Counted from the stretch's first letter, positions 1-13,674 are shown. The stretch: DNA of 64,000 bases from Octopus sinensis (GCF_006345805.1 NC_043021.1:24924001-24988000); one strand, 5' to 3'. The notes: a model not told the origin generated them from the letters alone. Numbers and translations: made by a program.

Positions 1-1460
1 TTTTTAGGTTCCACATTCTGGTTACCTCTATTTCCAGGTCTTTGTATTTTGAAAGTTTCTCCATTTCTTTTAGAGACACGTTGTCATCAGCCGGTATTGA
101 TACATCAATTAGAAAGCATTTTTTTTCTTCATGATCTCTGATAACTATATCTGGTCTGTTGGCCTTAATTTCTCTATCTGTATGTATCGGCATATCCCAG
201 AGTATGGTTGCTTTCTCGTTTTCTGTGACCTTTTCTGGTGTGTACCTATACCATCTTTTTTCTGTTGTTATTCCATAATGTTGGCATAGCTTCCAATGTA
301 TGTAGGTTCCAACTCTGTCATGTCTGTGAATATATTCCTTCTTAGCCAGGACTGGGCAGCTAGAGATAATATGATTTATTGTTCTTGTCCATCTCCACAT
401 ATTCTGCAGTTACTTGTAATATTTCTTTTCATTCCATGTTTTTGGTAATTTCTGGTGGGGAGGCTTTGGTCTTGTGCTGCAATTAAAAATCCCTCTGTTT
501 CTGCTTTGAGTCCTGAGCTTCTCAACCATTGCTGGGATTTTTCTTTGTCTATTTCTTTTGCGTTTAGTTTAGTGCAGTATTTACCATGAAGGGGTTTTTC
601 TTGCCATCGTTTTATCATGGCTCGTTGCTGTTCTATTTTTAGTTTGGATTTCATTTGTTTTATAGCTTTTGTGTTTCTTCATCATCTTCTTCTTCTTCTT
701 TGTGTTTATTAGGTGGTATGATTTCTTGTTTGTATTTGTCAGCTTCCTTAAATACTGAGAACAGTTTTTTGTTTTGCTCGTGTTTTGCTGCTATCTGGAT
801 CAGTTTTCCTTCCTTCTGGAGTAGGTATTTTTGCAGTCCTATGGTGGTTATTTTATAGTTTTCCAGCTGTATAAGGCCTCTACCACCTTCTATACGTTGT
901 ATATATAGTCTTTCTATGTCAGATTTTGGGTGATGCATCCTAGATCCTGTCAGTATTTTTCTTGTTTTCCTATCTATTTTGGACAGTTCATTTCGTGTCC
1001 AGTTAAGGATATTGTAGCTGTAACTTATAACTGGGACAGCTAAAGTGTTGATACCTATTATCTTGTTTTTAGCATTGAGCTCTGTTTTTAGTATTGATCT
1101 AACTCGTCTATAATATTCTTTTTTTATTTTCTCTTTCATTTGTGTGTGTTGTGTCTTATCTAGTTCATGGATTCCTAAGTATTTGTAAGTTTGGCTTTGG
1201 TCTAATTCTTTTATTTCATTGGTTTTATCTAGTGTGATGTTGTTACTCTTAACTAGTTTTCCTCTTTTCATGGTTACTTTGGCGCATTTTTCTAATCCAA
1301 ATTTCATATCTATTTCTTTGGTAAATCCATGAACTGTCTTTAATAGTGTTTCCAGCTGTTTGTCATTTGCAGCGTATAGTTTTAGGTCATCCATATATAA
1401 AAGGTGGCTGATCGTTTTGCCGTAACATTTATATCCGCATCCAGTTCTATTTAGCATATC
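1..1460 (-). mobile_element. R4/Dong-like non-LTR retrotransposon (RT + CCHC + restriction-like endonuclease), 5'-truncated, runs off the window
   Basis: ORF 660-1457 has the RT core SHLLYMDDLKLY, KFGLEKC and YKYLG. ORF 376-654 continues LKAETEGFLIAAQDQSLPTRNY...CRIC. Downstream frames give RHDRVG and NRPDI-type RLE motifs. Small frameshifts; 5' end abuts a (TAA)n array. Confidence 0.85.
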
Positions 1461-1476
1461 AGATAGATATGCTAAA

Positions 1477-1658
1477 TTATTATTATTATTATTATTGATA
1501 TTATTATTATTATTGATATTATTATTGATATTATTATTATTATTATTGATATTATATTATTATATATTATTATTATTGATATTATTATTATTATTATTAT
1601 TATTATTGATATATTATTATTATTGATATTATATTATTATATTATTATATTATTATGA

Positions 1659-1689
<31 letters not shown>

Positions 1690-1957
1690 GATATGATTAT
1701 TATTATTATTATTGATATATTATATTATTATTATTATTGATATTATTATTATTATTATTATATTGATATTATTATTGTATTATTATTATTATTATTATTG
1801 ATATTATTATTATTATTATTATTATTGATATATTATTATTATTATATTATTGTATTATTATTATTATTATGTTATATTATTATTATTATTATTATTATTG
1901 ATATTTTATTATTATTATTATTATTGATATTATTATTATTATTATTATTATTATTGA

Positions 1958-1988
<31 letters not shown>

Positions 1989-2035
1989 GATATTATTATT
2001 ATTATTATTGATATTATTATTATTATTATTATTGA

Positions 2036-2066
<31 letters not shown>

Positions 2067-2068
2067 GA

Positions 2069-2105
<37 letters not shown>

Positions 2106-2107
2106 GA

Positions 2108-2141
<34 letters not shown>

Positions 2142-2170
2142 GATATTATTGATATTATTGATATTATTGA

Positions 2171-2203
<33 letters not shown>

Positions 2204-2230
2204 TGATATTATTATCATTACTAATAATAA
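1477..2230. repeat. (ATT)n microsatellite array with GAT interruptions, ~750 bp
   Basis: Directly visible; explains the poly-L/N/I ORFs. Confidence 0.97.
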
Positions 2231-2231
2231 T

Positions 2232-2428
2232 GACTTCCAATTTTGGCACAAGGTCACCAAGTTCAAGACATCTGACTACATCAACCCCAATCCTCAGCTG
2301 GTACTTATTTTATTGGCCCTGAAAGGTCGAAAGGCAAAGTCCAACTCTGGGGTATTTGAACTCAGAACATAAAGACAGACAAAAGGCCACTAAGCATTTT
2401 ACCAGGTGTGCTGACAATTCTGCCAGCT
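2232..2428 (-). mobile_element. tRNA-derived SINE with Nin-like core (family A)
   Basis: Reverse complement shows the B-box GAGTTCAAAT and the core 'actttgcctttc...aaataagtaccag'; similar to about 12 other copies in the window. Confidence 0.75.
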
Positions 2429-2444
2429 AACAACAACAACAATA

Positions 2445-4881
2445 AGATCTGCTCTCAGGAGGTCAAGCAAATGGAAGTCTCCAGGAAAGGATAAAATGCC
2501 TAACTTCTGGTTGAGTGCCTTCCCAGGGAGCCATGAACTGCTAACAGAACTTTACAATGATGTCTTGCAACACCCTAGTAGGATGCATGCTTGGCTAGTT
2601 AATTGGTTAACATTCTTGCTTCCAAAAAGTGAAGAAACAAATGAACCAAAAAACTACAGACCCATAACCTGCTTAACAACTATGTATAAAACGCTAACAT
2701 CTGTCCTGACGGAATATACTTATAGTTTTTTAACAGACAGCAGCATATTCCCTAATGAACAGAAAGGATGTAAACGTGGATCCTATGGTTGTAAAGATCA
2801 GCTATTCATCAATAAGATCTTAGAAGATTGTCACAACAACACAAAAACTTATCAATAGCCTGGATAGACTATAAAAAGGCTTTTGATAGCCTACTACATA
2901 GCTGGATCAAGAAATGCCTAGAGATGTACAAAATAGCGCCTACTCTGCGAAACTTTTTGTCTGTAAGTATGAGATCATGGAGAACCACACTAACTTTGAA
3001 CCGTGACGATAAATCTCTAAATGCTGGTGATGTAAACATTTCATGTGGCATTTTCCAGGGTGACTCACTATCACCACTCCTCTTCTGTTTAGCTGTAATA
3101 CCTTTCTCAAAACTGCTCAATGACGCGCAGTACGGATATAAAATGTTGGATAAAAATATAAATCATCTCATTTACATGGATGATTTAAAGCTCTTTGCAA
3201 AATATGACCAACAACTTACTAACGATTGTTAAACAATTCAGTGATGACATCAGAATGCAATTTGGCCTCGATAAATGTGCAAAAGCTACTTTTATCAAAG
3301 GAAAAATGACAGAAACATCTAATGTTTACCTTGACCAGCAGAATGTCATAAAAGAGTTAGACCCAGCAGAGGGCTACAAGTACCTAGGGGTAATTGAAGG
3401 GGATGGAATAAGGCATTCAGAGATGAAGGAAAGAATCAGGAGAGAATGTTATCGCAGAGTAAGAGCAACACTCAAGACAGAGCTAAATGCGAGAAACAGG
3501 ATCGAAGCGATCAATGCTTTAGCCATACCAGTCGTGACTTACAGTTTCAATATTGTTAACTGGTCAATTACTGAAATATATAATCTCGACAGAAAAATAC
3601 GAAAACTGTTGACAATGCATAGAATGCACTACCCTAAGGCAGATATAGAATGACTTTATCTGCCAAGAAAAGAGGGAGGCCATGGGCTTTTACAACTGGC
3701 AATAACAATGAAGATTGCTACAATTGGCCTAGACACCTACCTGAAAAACTCTGAGGACTGGATGTTAAAACTTGTCTCAAAACATGAAAACAAGAAAGCA
3801 TCATACTCAGTAACAAAACAGGCAAAGGAATATCTAAGTGAATTCCGAATACAATAAATTTCGGAATTAGACATACAAGAAACAAGCACAGAAAAAGCTA
3901 AGTGCATGAAAACCCGTGCTAAAACTGCAGCCTTAGATATTCTGAATGATAAATGGCAAGAAAAACCTCTCTATGGCAAATACACAAAGAGAGCGAATAA
4001 TGCAGATGTTGACAAAGCCCTGACCCATCAATGAAACAGAAGGGTTAATCATAGCAGCTCAAGATCCATGCCTACCAACAAGGAACTACCAGGCCAACAT
4101 ATTAAAGAACGGCAGTAGCCCAACATGTCGTGTATGTCAACAACAAAATGAAACCATTGATCATGTTGTCTCCAAGTGCAGTCTTCTTGCGCCTACAGAG
4201 TATCTCAATAGGCATGATAGAGCTGCACAATATATTCACTGGGTAATCTGCAAAAACCTGGATTTGCCCCATGAAAAAAACTGGTGGGATCACAAACAAC
4301 CTCCAGTGCTTGAAAATGACCACATCTCACTCCTCTGGAACTTCACCATTCAAACTGACAGAAAGATAGACGCGAATAGGCCAGACATCATATTGAAAGA
4401 CTTCAGACAAAAACATACTTCCTCATTGATATGACTGTGCCAATCGATATAAACGTATCTGTCAAGACCTATCAGAAACTGAGCAAATATAAAGATCTTG
4501 AAATAGAAATCAGCAAAATGTGGAACCTGAAGACTAAAACAATACCTGTTGTCATAGGTGCCCTGGGAATGATAACAAAAGGGGCTAATTGCTACCTAAC
4601 TCAGATACCAGGAAACCCCAAAATGGCAGAAATTCAAAAGATAGTGCTCATGGGAACTGCTCATATCCTACGCAAAATACTTTCTATGTAATCTCAAGTT
4701 TTAAAACAAACATAAATTTCGTATGGTTTTTAGGCATTTAGTAGTACAACACTAAGTACAAAACCAAATATATGGCACTCTAGGCATAATACCAACATGA
4801 ACTTCCAACTTGTTGTCTCTTGAGGTCTCTGGGTGAGACTTGGAGCCAGCTTGTGCAAATGTAAAGCAAAAGTCAAACATA

Positions 4882-4917
<36 letters not shown>
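2445..4917 (+). mobile_element. R4/Dong-like non-LTR retrotransposon, decayed, with 3' UTR and (AAT)n tail
   Basis: Frameshifted ORFs carry NYRPITCL, EQKGC, AWIDYKKAFDS, GIFQGDSLSPLLF, YMDD, YKYLG, CRVC...H...C, NRPDI and K..KYKDL...PVVIGALG; ends in (AAT)n at ~4882-4917. Confidence 0.9.
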
Positions 4918-4919
4918 TA

Positions 4920-5056
4920 CTTTCTAATTTTGACACAAGGCCAGCAGTTTTGATGGAAGGAGAAAGCAAATTATATCAACCCCAGAGTTCAACTAGTACT
5001 TACTTTATTGTCCCAAAAGGATGAAAGGCAAAGTCAACCTTGGCATGGTTTGAGCT
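4920..5056 (-). mobile_element. SINE family A, partial copy
   Basis: 'cacaaggccagcag...aaggatgaaaggcaaagtcaacct' matches the family. Confidence 0.7.
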
Positions 5057-5689
5057 AATTTCTTTAATTATATTCTTTAATTATATTCTTTAATTATATT
5101 GCACTTTCCTTCTCTGAAATGTGTATTTGATAAAAAGAAAATAAATAACAAAAAAGAAAAGAAATGAAAAGTACCCTTCTTATGTTTTTACCCCTGCCCC
5201 TCCAAACAAGCTGAAAATTTTGCTGTGAAACTATTATTGTTTCCTGTCTTGTAATTTATTTGCCTGATTAAGTTAATTCTTCCATAAATACTAACGGAAT
5301 TTGGGTTGCATATTTCACATCATGCCATAAATGGTAGGGAAGCAAAAATAATTTGTTCCAGATCTGGCACATCGTAATTCCATTTCAGAGAAATACGTGC
5401 TTTTCAAGAACACAACTGCCACCAGCAATTCATGATCAAAGAAAGCCAGTTGCAGACCTGCTGCCTGTCCCCTTCCCTCTCTTTTGCCCCATTTTGCCAT
5501 TCCAGCAAGTTACTAACACTATTACTATCACTTGGTGTAATTAATGGTTGCTTTAATGAGGAGCCTGTAATTATCTGAATAATTCTGTAAATATATTTTG
5601 CTCCAATTCACATTCAGCAAGCGGCAGTAAAAGTACTGGGAAAACAGGGTAAAGTATTAACACAATATGTGTGGGTGTGTGTGTGTGTG

Positions 5690-7780
5690 AACCACTCAGA
5701 GTGTAATGGGTGCATTAACGTGCCACTGGTACAGGTGCCATTTGCATGACACTAGTATTACTGCATGCTTGGCTTGATGGGTCCTCTTCTCAAGCACAAC
5801 ATAATGCCAAAGGTCCTGGTCATTGCCTCCATGAGGCCCAACACTCGAAAGGAACTCAGCCACTTTGCCTCCAGGAGGCCCAATGCTCGAGCAGTGCTCT
5901 TTACGTGCCACTGGCACGGGTGCCAGTTATATGACACCAACATCAGCTGTGGCTACGATTTCACTCAGCTTGACGGATCTTCTCAAGCACAGCATAATCA
6001 CCAAAAGTCTCGGTCACTAGTCATTGCCTCTGTGAGGCTCAAAGTTCGAAGGTTATGCTTCACCACTTTGTCCCATGTCTTCCTGGGCCTACCTCTACCA
6101 CAGGTTCCCTCCACAGTTAGAGATCAGCACTTCTTTACACAGCTGTCCTCGTCCATACGCATCACATGACCATGCCAGTGCAATCATTTCTGTTGCACAC
6201 CACATCTGATTCCTCTTATGCCTAACTTTTCTCTCAAGATACTTACACTCTGTCAAACATGCACACTGACATTGCATATCCAGTAAAGCATAGTGGCTTC
6301 ATTTCTTTCTTGCCTATGTATGCCCTCGGCTGTCACAGCCCATGTTTCACTGCCATATAGCATAGCTGTTTGCACTTGGGCATCAAACAATCTGCCTTTC
6401 ACTCTGAGAGAGAGGCCCTTTGTTTCCAGCAGAGGTAGGAGCTCTCTAAACTTTGCCCAGCCTAATCTTATTCTCACAGCTATGCTCTCGGAGCATCCCC
6501 TTCCACTACTGACTTGGTCACCTAGTTAAAAGAGGTTATCTATTACTTCTAGCCTGTCCCCCTGGCAGTTCATGGAGTCTATCATTTTCTGCATTTATTG
6601 TACCTGTACATCTTCCACAAACAAACAAACAAAAATTGTCTGTTAACCTTCCTTTGATATTGTTGCACCACTTGTGTGTCCATCTTATGGAATTTCTATC
6701 TACTCCTTTTCTACAGACCAAGCAGGGTCATCTACCTGAAGAGTCTTGCGATTTGTCTGCCATCCTACTTACTTTGGTTTTTGATAGGTTAACTCTAAGG
6801 ATCTTCGATTCTAGACCTTGCTTCCATACCTGGAACTTCTAGTTCTGGTAGTGATTCAGCTATAAGAGCAAGGTCATCAGCATAGAGGAGCTTCCAGTGG
6901 CAGCCTGTCTTGGATTCCTCTGTTATTGCTTGGAGGACTACAATGAACAAGAAGGGGCTGAGGACCGATCCTTGGTGAATCCCTACTTGTACTCTGAATT
7001 CTTTGCTGTACTTATTGCCAACCTTCACCTTACTGGTAGCGTCCCTCTTCATAGCTTGTACAGCTCTCACCAACCACTTGCCTGTCTCTAGTTTCCACAT
7101 TGACCACCAGACAAGGGATCAGGGGACCCTGTCAAAGGCTTTCTCCAAGTCAACAAAGGCCAACTACAGAAGTTCATTTTAGGCTATGTATTTCTACTGC
7201 AGCTGCCTTACCAGAAATATAGCATCAGTAGTGCTTCTGCCTGGCACAAAACCAAACTGCATCTCATCTAGGCTAACTCTCTTGCTAATTAGTTGGGCTA
7301 TGACTCTCTCTGTAACTTTCATCACCTGACCCAACAATTTAATACCTCTGTAATTATTTCTATTTAAGACATCACCTTTACTTTTGTAGCAGTTGATTAT
7401 GATGCTGCTACACCAGTCATTGAGTATGATCCCCTCATGTACCACCTGATTTACAATATGGGTAACTCAACCATAACCCACACTGCCACATATTTTAAGC
7501 ATCTCAGCAGTGATTCTTAATGGGCCAGGAGCTTTCCCTGTCTTCATATCCTTAATTGCTTTATCTACCAGGGTACTGTTGATTTGGGTAGCTGCTCCCT
7601 CAATTCAGTCAACATTTGGCAGACTTTCCTCCTATCAGCAGTCTTTCATAATGGTATTTTGAAGCCTCTTTCTTTGCAGAGTCATTAAATGCAAGTGCAC
7701 CTTCATCCCTGCAGACGCATTTCTCTCATGTGACATCGGGTTTTTCTCTCATATAGCGTCTTGCAATCCAAAATACTTGT
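5690..7780 (-). mobile_element. RTE-clade LINE, decayed RT region plus 3' UTR
   Basis: Fragments NYRGIKLL, QFGFVPGRSTTDAIF, VGIHQGSVLSPFLF, LLYADDLAL, AMLYGSETW; 3' UTR shared with 10596-11335. Confidence 0.85.
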
Positions 7781-7834
7781 TCTTTGGTCCTCATGTGACT
7801 GAACATAGACAAATTTCTTCTTTTCAGCTATATA

Positions 7835-7870
<36 letters not shown>

Positions 7871-7929
7871 TATATATATATATATGTATATATATATGTA
7901 TATATATATATATATGTATATATATATTG

Positions 7930-8263
7930 AGACCCCCTTCGGTCATGAATGACCATGGGATTGCACCTAGAAAGTTACCCTCCTAGACACATGTCCGGGC
8001 AAGGTTGTTTATGGAAGACCAGCAGTCGCCCATGCATACCAGCCTCCCCTCTCCACGCCACCAGTGTTATCCAAGGGAAAGACAAAGGTTGATACAGCTT
8101 GGCACTTGTGACGTCACAACTCATTTCTACAGCTGAGTGAACTGGAGCAACGTGAAATAAAGTGCCTTGCTCGAGACACAACACGCAGCCCGGTCCGGGA
8201 TTCGAGCTCACAACCTCACGATCGTAAGCTCGATGCTCCAACCACTGAGCCATGCGCCTTCAC
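7930..8263 (-). mobile_element. tRNA-derived SINE family B, near full length
   Basis: Head GGCGCATGGCTCAGTGGTTGGAGC (A box) and GAGCTCGAATCCC (B box); close inverted copy at 14887-15209. Confidence 0.85.
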
Positions 8264-8264
8264 T

Positions 8265-8369
8265 GTATATATATATATATATATATATATAGTATATATA
8301 TATATGTATATATATATGTATAATATTATATGTATATATATATATGTATATAATATATGTATATATATG

Positions 8370-8421
<52 letters not shown>

Positions 8422-8839
8422 TGTGTATATATCTTATATTATATATATGTATATTTATATATGATATATATATATGTATATATATATGTATATATATTAT
8501 AGTATATATATATATATGTATATGTATAATATAATATATATATATATATCTAAATTATTATATCTATATATATATATATATATCTATATATATATATATT
8601 ATATATATATATATGTATATTATATATGTATATATATATATGTTAATATATATCTATGTATATATATATATTATTATATATATATTGTATATAGATTTAT
8701 ATATATATATATATAATGTATATATATATATGTATATATATATATATTATATGTGTATATATATATGTATATATATATATGTATTTTATATATGTATATA
8801 TATATGTATATATATATGTATATATATATATATGTATAT

Positions 8840-8879
<40 letters not shown>

Positions 8880-9022
8880 CTAAATATAATATCTATATAT
8901 ATATATATATATCTATATATATATATATCTATATATATATAATATCTATATATATATATCTATATCTATATATCTATATATATATATCTATATATATATA
9001 TGTATGTATATATATATAATAT
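8265..9022. repeat. Degenerate (TA)n array
   Basis: Directly visible; source of the YI-rich ORFs. Confidence 0.97.
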
Positions 9023-9029
9023 ATCTTCA

Positions 9030-10176
9030 CTTCAGTAAAGTGTTCGACAGGGTAGACCATACATCCTACTCTCAAAATTGGCAATGTTGGAATCCGTGGA
9101 AAAGTTCTACACTGGATTAATAGTATTTCCTGGCGAATAGAACACACATGTTGTAGTTGATGGAATCCACTCAAACCCAGCAAAAGTCACCAGCGGTGTT
9201 CCCCAGGGAACTGTTTTGGGTCCGCTACTCTTCATAATTTACGTAAACGACCTTTCCAGTATCGTACATTACTGCAAAGTGAAAATATTGCTGATGACAC
9301 TAAGCTCCAGCAATCGTCAATGAAGAAGCAGACCGAACTCAACTCCAGTCTGATCTATATGCTGTGAGTCAATGGGCAGACAGAAACAAAATGCAACTGA
9401 ATGAGGGAAAATTTGAGCTGATGCATTTTGGAAGAAATTCCTCACTAAAACAGCCATACTCTCTTCCTTCAGGGGAACCGCTCACAGCCTCTAACAATAT
9501 CAGAGACCTGGGTGTAATTGTTGATGACGATCTCAGTTGGAGTGCACACATCAACAAGAAGGTCGATATAGCTCGTAGGATGAGTTCCTGGATCTTAAGA
9601 ACTTTCTGGTCCAGAGAACAAGGTGTCATCATACCACTTTTTTCCTCCTTTGTACGGCCACACCTTGAATACTGCTGCCCACTGTGGTCTCCTCACACAA
9701 GACAAAACATCTTCAGAATTGAGTCACCCCAGAGGGCAATCACTAAACAAATTGAAGGCATGGCTGCTCTCGATTATTGGGATCGCCTTAAAGCCTTGAA
9801 ACTTTACTCCCTCCAGCGTCGCTGTGAGCGGTACATCATTGTATGAGTGTGGAAAATATACCGCCAACTTTGCCCAAACGACCTAACATTAGCTTCAAGG
9901 TTCATCCAAGACTTGGACCACGGGCTATACGTCCCCCACCCAATTCAAGATCACAACATACATGTACATGCAACATAATTTCTTTTCCTCAACAGGCCCT
10001 GCCCATTTAACAGGGAGATCAAAGAGGAAAAGGATCCCATCAACTTTAAACAGAGTCTGGATAGATTCTTCAAAGAATACCAGATAAGCCACCCATAATT
10101 GGATACAACTCACCCAACAAGAACTCACTGCTTGAACAAAACTTGACTTAAACAGGATTCGAATAATCCTATCAGG
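9030..10176 (+). mobile_element. CR1/L2-group LINE RT C-terminal half, decayed
   Basis: SGVPQGTVLGPLLF, (F)ADDTKL, IRDLGV and VRPHLEYCCPLWSP motifs; frameshifted. Confidence 0.85.
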
Positions 10177-10276
10177 NNNNNNNNNNNNNNNNNNNNNNNN
10201 NNNNNNNNNNNNNNNNNNNNNNNNNNNNNNNNNNNNNNNNNNNNNNNNNNNNNNNNNNNNNNNNNNNNNNNNNNNN
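10177..10276. other. Assembly gap (100 N)
   Basis: Run of n characters. Confidence 0.99.
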
Positions 10277-10424
10277 ACATATATATATGTATGAATGTAT
10301 CTATATCTATATCTATATATATATAGATATATATATATATATATATAGATATATATATATATATAGTATTATGTGTATATATATACTTATATAGTTTTTT
10401 TCTCTCCTTGTTTTTTCTCTGTCC

Positions 10425-10460
10425 CTTTCTGTAGAAGAGCGTAGGTTCGAAACGTAAAAG
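10425..10460 (+). ncRNA. Degenerate minimal type I hammerhead ribozyme motif in a Penelope-like remnant
   Basis: cttt-CTGTAGA-a-gagc-gtag-gttc-GAAA-CG-TA-aaag; core A6 is substituted. Confidence 0.4.
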
Positions 10461-10595
10461 ACTTTTTCTATTCCTGAGCGTTATACTAATACATCTGTAC
10501 ACCACCTATCTTCGTCTTTTGGGGTTTTTTAAACTCTTCCTATATATTTATATATATATAAGTATATATATGTATATATATTTATATATATATAA

Positions 10596-11335
10596 GAGGT
10601 AGACCCAGGAAGAATTGGGATGAGGTGGTGAAGCATGACCTTCGAACATCAGGCCTCACCAAGGCAATGACTAGTGACCAAGACCTTTGGAAATATGTTG
10701 TGCTTGAAAAGACCCGGCAAGCCAAGTGAGAGTATAACCCGTGGTCTATGCCAGGGGTGTAACCAGCCCACTTATGTGTACCTTTCTTCATTGGACACTA
10801 AACTCCGCTTGTGATGACCTGTTGAGGCAAATGAAATCAAAATCAAATTCAATGACAGTACCGCATGACTCGCATCCATGCTAGTGGAGCGCTAAGAGCA
10901 CCATCCAAGCATGGTCGTTGCCGGGGCCGCTGACTGGCACTTCTGCCAGTGGCACATAAAAAGCACCATTCGAGCGTGATCGTTACCAATGTCGCCTTAC
11001 TGGCACATGTGCCAGTGGTACGTGAAAAACAACATTCAAGCGAGGGCATTGCCAGTGCCACTGGACTGGCTCCTGCGCAGGTGGCACGTAAAAAACACCA
11101 TCTGAGCGTGGCCGCTGCCAGTACTGCCTGACTGGCCCTCGTGCTGGTGGCACGTAAAAGCACCCACTATACTCTCGTAGTTGTTGGCATTAGGAAAGGC
11201 ATCCAGCCGTAGAAACTCTGCCAGATCAGATTGGAGCCTGGTGCAGCCATCTGGCTTACCAGACCCCAGTCAAACCTCAAACCCATGCTAGCATGGAAAA
11301 CGGACGTTAAACGATGATGATGATGATGATGATAT
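10596..11335 (+). mobile_element. RTE LINE 3' end with internally repeated 3' UTR and (GAT)n tail
   Basis: Begins with RGRPRKNWDEVVKHDL (RTE C-terminus); repeated 'ggcacgtaaaa(a)gcacc' units; (GAT)n tail. Confidence 0.8.
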
Positions 11336-11854
11336 ATATGTATGTATATATCATCATCATCATCTCATGTTTTGTCCCAGTTAACAGGGGTGGTTAGATC
11401 TACTGCAATGCCATAGCAGCCGATGTAGGCAGGTGTAGCCCACCCCAACCTTTGGGCTGGCAGGTACCCATTCTCCTTTGCTATCACGAGGCTTTTTTGG
11501 AGCAGGATTTTCTATGGGGAGCATGCCCTTGCTTATCCCTAACCTCAGTTTCTAGACGTGAGTAGTCCTGAGACCAAGGCTTCAACCATGGGTTTTACAC
11601 ACACACACATAATTTTCTGCATTTTTTTTTTTGCAAGATTTCTGACATGAAAAAGTGTTGAAATAGATATTTTTATATTTTGGAATGGTCACATTTTTCT
11701 GAATTGACCACACACTCTTGGTCTTCACTTCTTTCATCACACACCCTGTCACTTCTTCAGCGTGACTCTGCATCCCACCCGTTTCCTCTTGTTCAGCCAA
11801 TTCCCTTTTGTGTACAAAGAGATTAGTCAAAGACAGAAATATTAATAATAATAA

Positions 11855-12040
11855 TCTTTTCTATTATAAGCACAAGGCCTGAAATTTGTGGGGAGGGGGA
11901 GCAGTCGATTACATTGACCCCAGTATTTAACTGGTACTTACCTTATTGACCCTGGAAGGATTAAAGGAATCTGAACTTAAAACAAGGATGGACAAAATCC
12001 CGCTGAGCATTTTGCCCAGCTGCTAATAATTCTCTCAGTT
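11855..12040 (-). mobile_element. SINE family A
   Basis: Family similarity; (AAT)n at the tail side. Confidence 0.7.
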
Positions 12041-12126
12041 CACTACCACCACCACCACCACCACCTCCTCCTCCTCCTCCTCCTCCACAACAACAACAAC
12101 AGCAGCAGCAACAGCAACAGCAAAGC

Positions 12127-12157
<31 letters not shown>

Positions 12158-12509
12158 TAAGCTTGCCAGCATGGAAAACTTACATTAAATGATGATAAAG
12201 TAAAGACCAAATAGACAGTGTGTGTGTTTAATTGGCAAAAATGTGACCATCCTCAAATACAACATATATCATCAACATCTGACATCTGTTTTCCATATTG
12301 GCATGGATTGGGCTGATGACATCTATATATATGTGTGTATATATATATATATATCGTATATACACACATACTTTTGCATGTGTGTATGTTTACACATATA
12401 TATATATATATATAATTATATATATATTATATATAGCATGGAAGGCGGATGATGAACAGTGAGGGTGATGATATATATAATTACACACACACACACACAC
12501 ACACACACA

Positions 12510-13095
12510 TAATAACTTTGATAGGTTTCGGCCAGTATAGGCCCAGGCCATGTCTAACTTAATAGCACCCCCTGGTGAAGTCTATTAGTCACATATGGGG
12601 GCACCATGGCCCACTCTAGCAAAGAGGTATTATTGATGGAGACATATCCGGGTGTAGGAGGTTGGTCTGGGATTTTCTGAAGAAATTTTCCCAGTGAATA
12701 TTTGAATTTTATGGCCACCATTTCCATTTTGACGTATTTTGGTATTAAGGAGAGCTGGACCGGTTGAAGTAAAGTAATTGTGACGTAATGTTGCTATGTG
12801 TACAGAGTTCGATTTTTGTGCTGAGCGGATAGCACGGGGGCCAAGTCTTGGATGGATTTTAAAATTGATGCCAACATCATTTGTGCAATATTGATGGAAT
12901 ATTTTCCACGTCCCACAAATGATGTCGCGCTCCAGGCGGCATTGAAGAGAGCAGAGATTGAGTATTTTTAGCTGACCCCCAATAGCCAATGCCTCTCATG
13001 CCATCTGTCTTTCTTGTCATTGACCTCTGGAGTGCCTCCACTTTCATAATGGGTTGCTTCGCATGGGGGGGCCCCACAGTGGGCAACAGTACTCA
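12510..13095 (-). mobile_element. CR1-group LINE 3' fragment
   Basis: LKILNLCSLQCRLERD...HPRLG; nearly identical to 37293-38115. Confidence 0.8.
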
Positions 13096-13219
13096 AATAT
13101 TTAAGCCACAATTTATAGATTCAAGTAATCCAGTAGCACTCATAAAAAAGCTCTTTGATGTATCATTCTACAAAACATGAAGAATATATAGTAATACACA
13201 AGAGAAATTATATACATGG

Positions 13220-13540
13220 AGGCACGCAATAAGCACCATTCATGCGTGGGTCATTGCCAGTGCCACCCGACTGGCTTCCTGTGTCGGTAGCATGTAAAAA
13301 GCACCATCCGAACATGACTGATCCCAGCAACCCCTGCTCTGAATGGCTCCTGTGCTGGGGCCACATCAAAAGCACCCACTACACTCTCGGAGTGGTTGGC
13401 GTTAGGAAGGGCATCCAGCTGTAGAAACACTGCCAGATCAGATTGGAGCCTGGTGCGGCCTCCTGGCTTGCCAGTCCCCAGTCAAACCGTCCAACCCATG
13501 CCAGCATGAAAAATGAGCATTAAATGAAGATGAAGATGAT
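13220..13540 (+). mobile_element. RTE-type 3' UTR fragment
   Basis: Matches the 11150-11335 tail ('ttaggaagggcatccagctgtagaaac'). Confidence 0.7.
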
Positions 13541-13643
13541 ATATATACATACATATTATATATATACACATACATACATAGATATATATATATATATTAT
13601 ATATATATATATATAATATATATATATACATACATACATACAT

Positions 13644-13674
<31 letters not shown>

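Noticed and set aside
1798-2322. Poly-Leu/Asn/Ile ORFs, and similar YI-, MYVC-, THSL- and HT-rich ORFs at 8.3-9.0, 13.5-14.6, 18.4-19.7, 31.7-32.4 and 60.7-61.3 kb
   Set aside because: They are translations of stop-free microsatellites.
7975-8253. tRNA gene-like sequence (also at 14887)
   Set aside because: The tRNA-like head continues into a dispersed body found in several copies, so it is a SINE rather than a tRNA gene.
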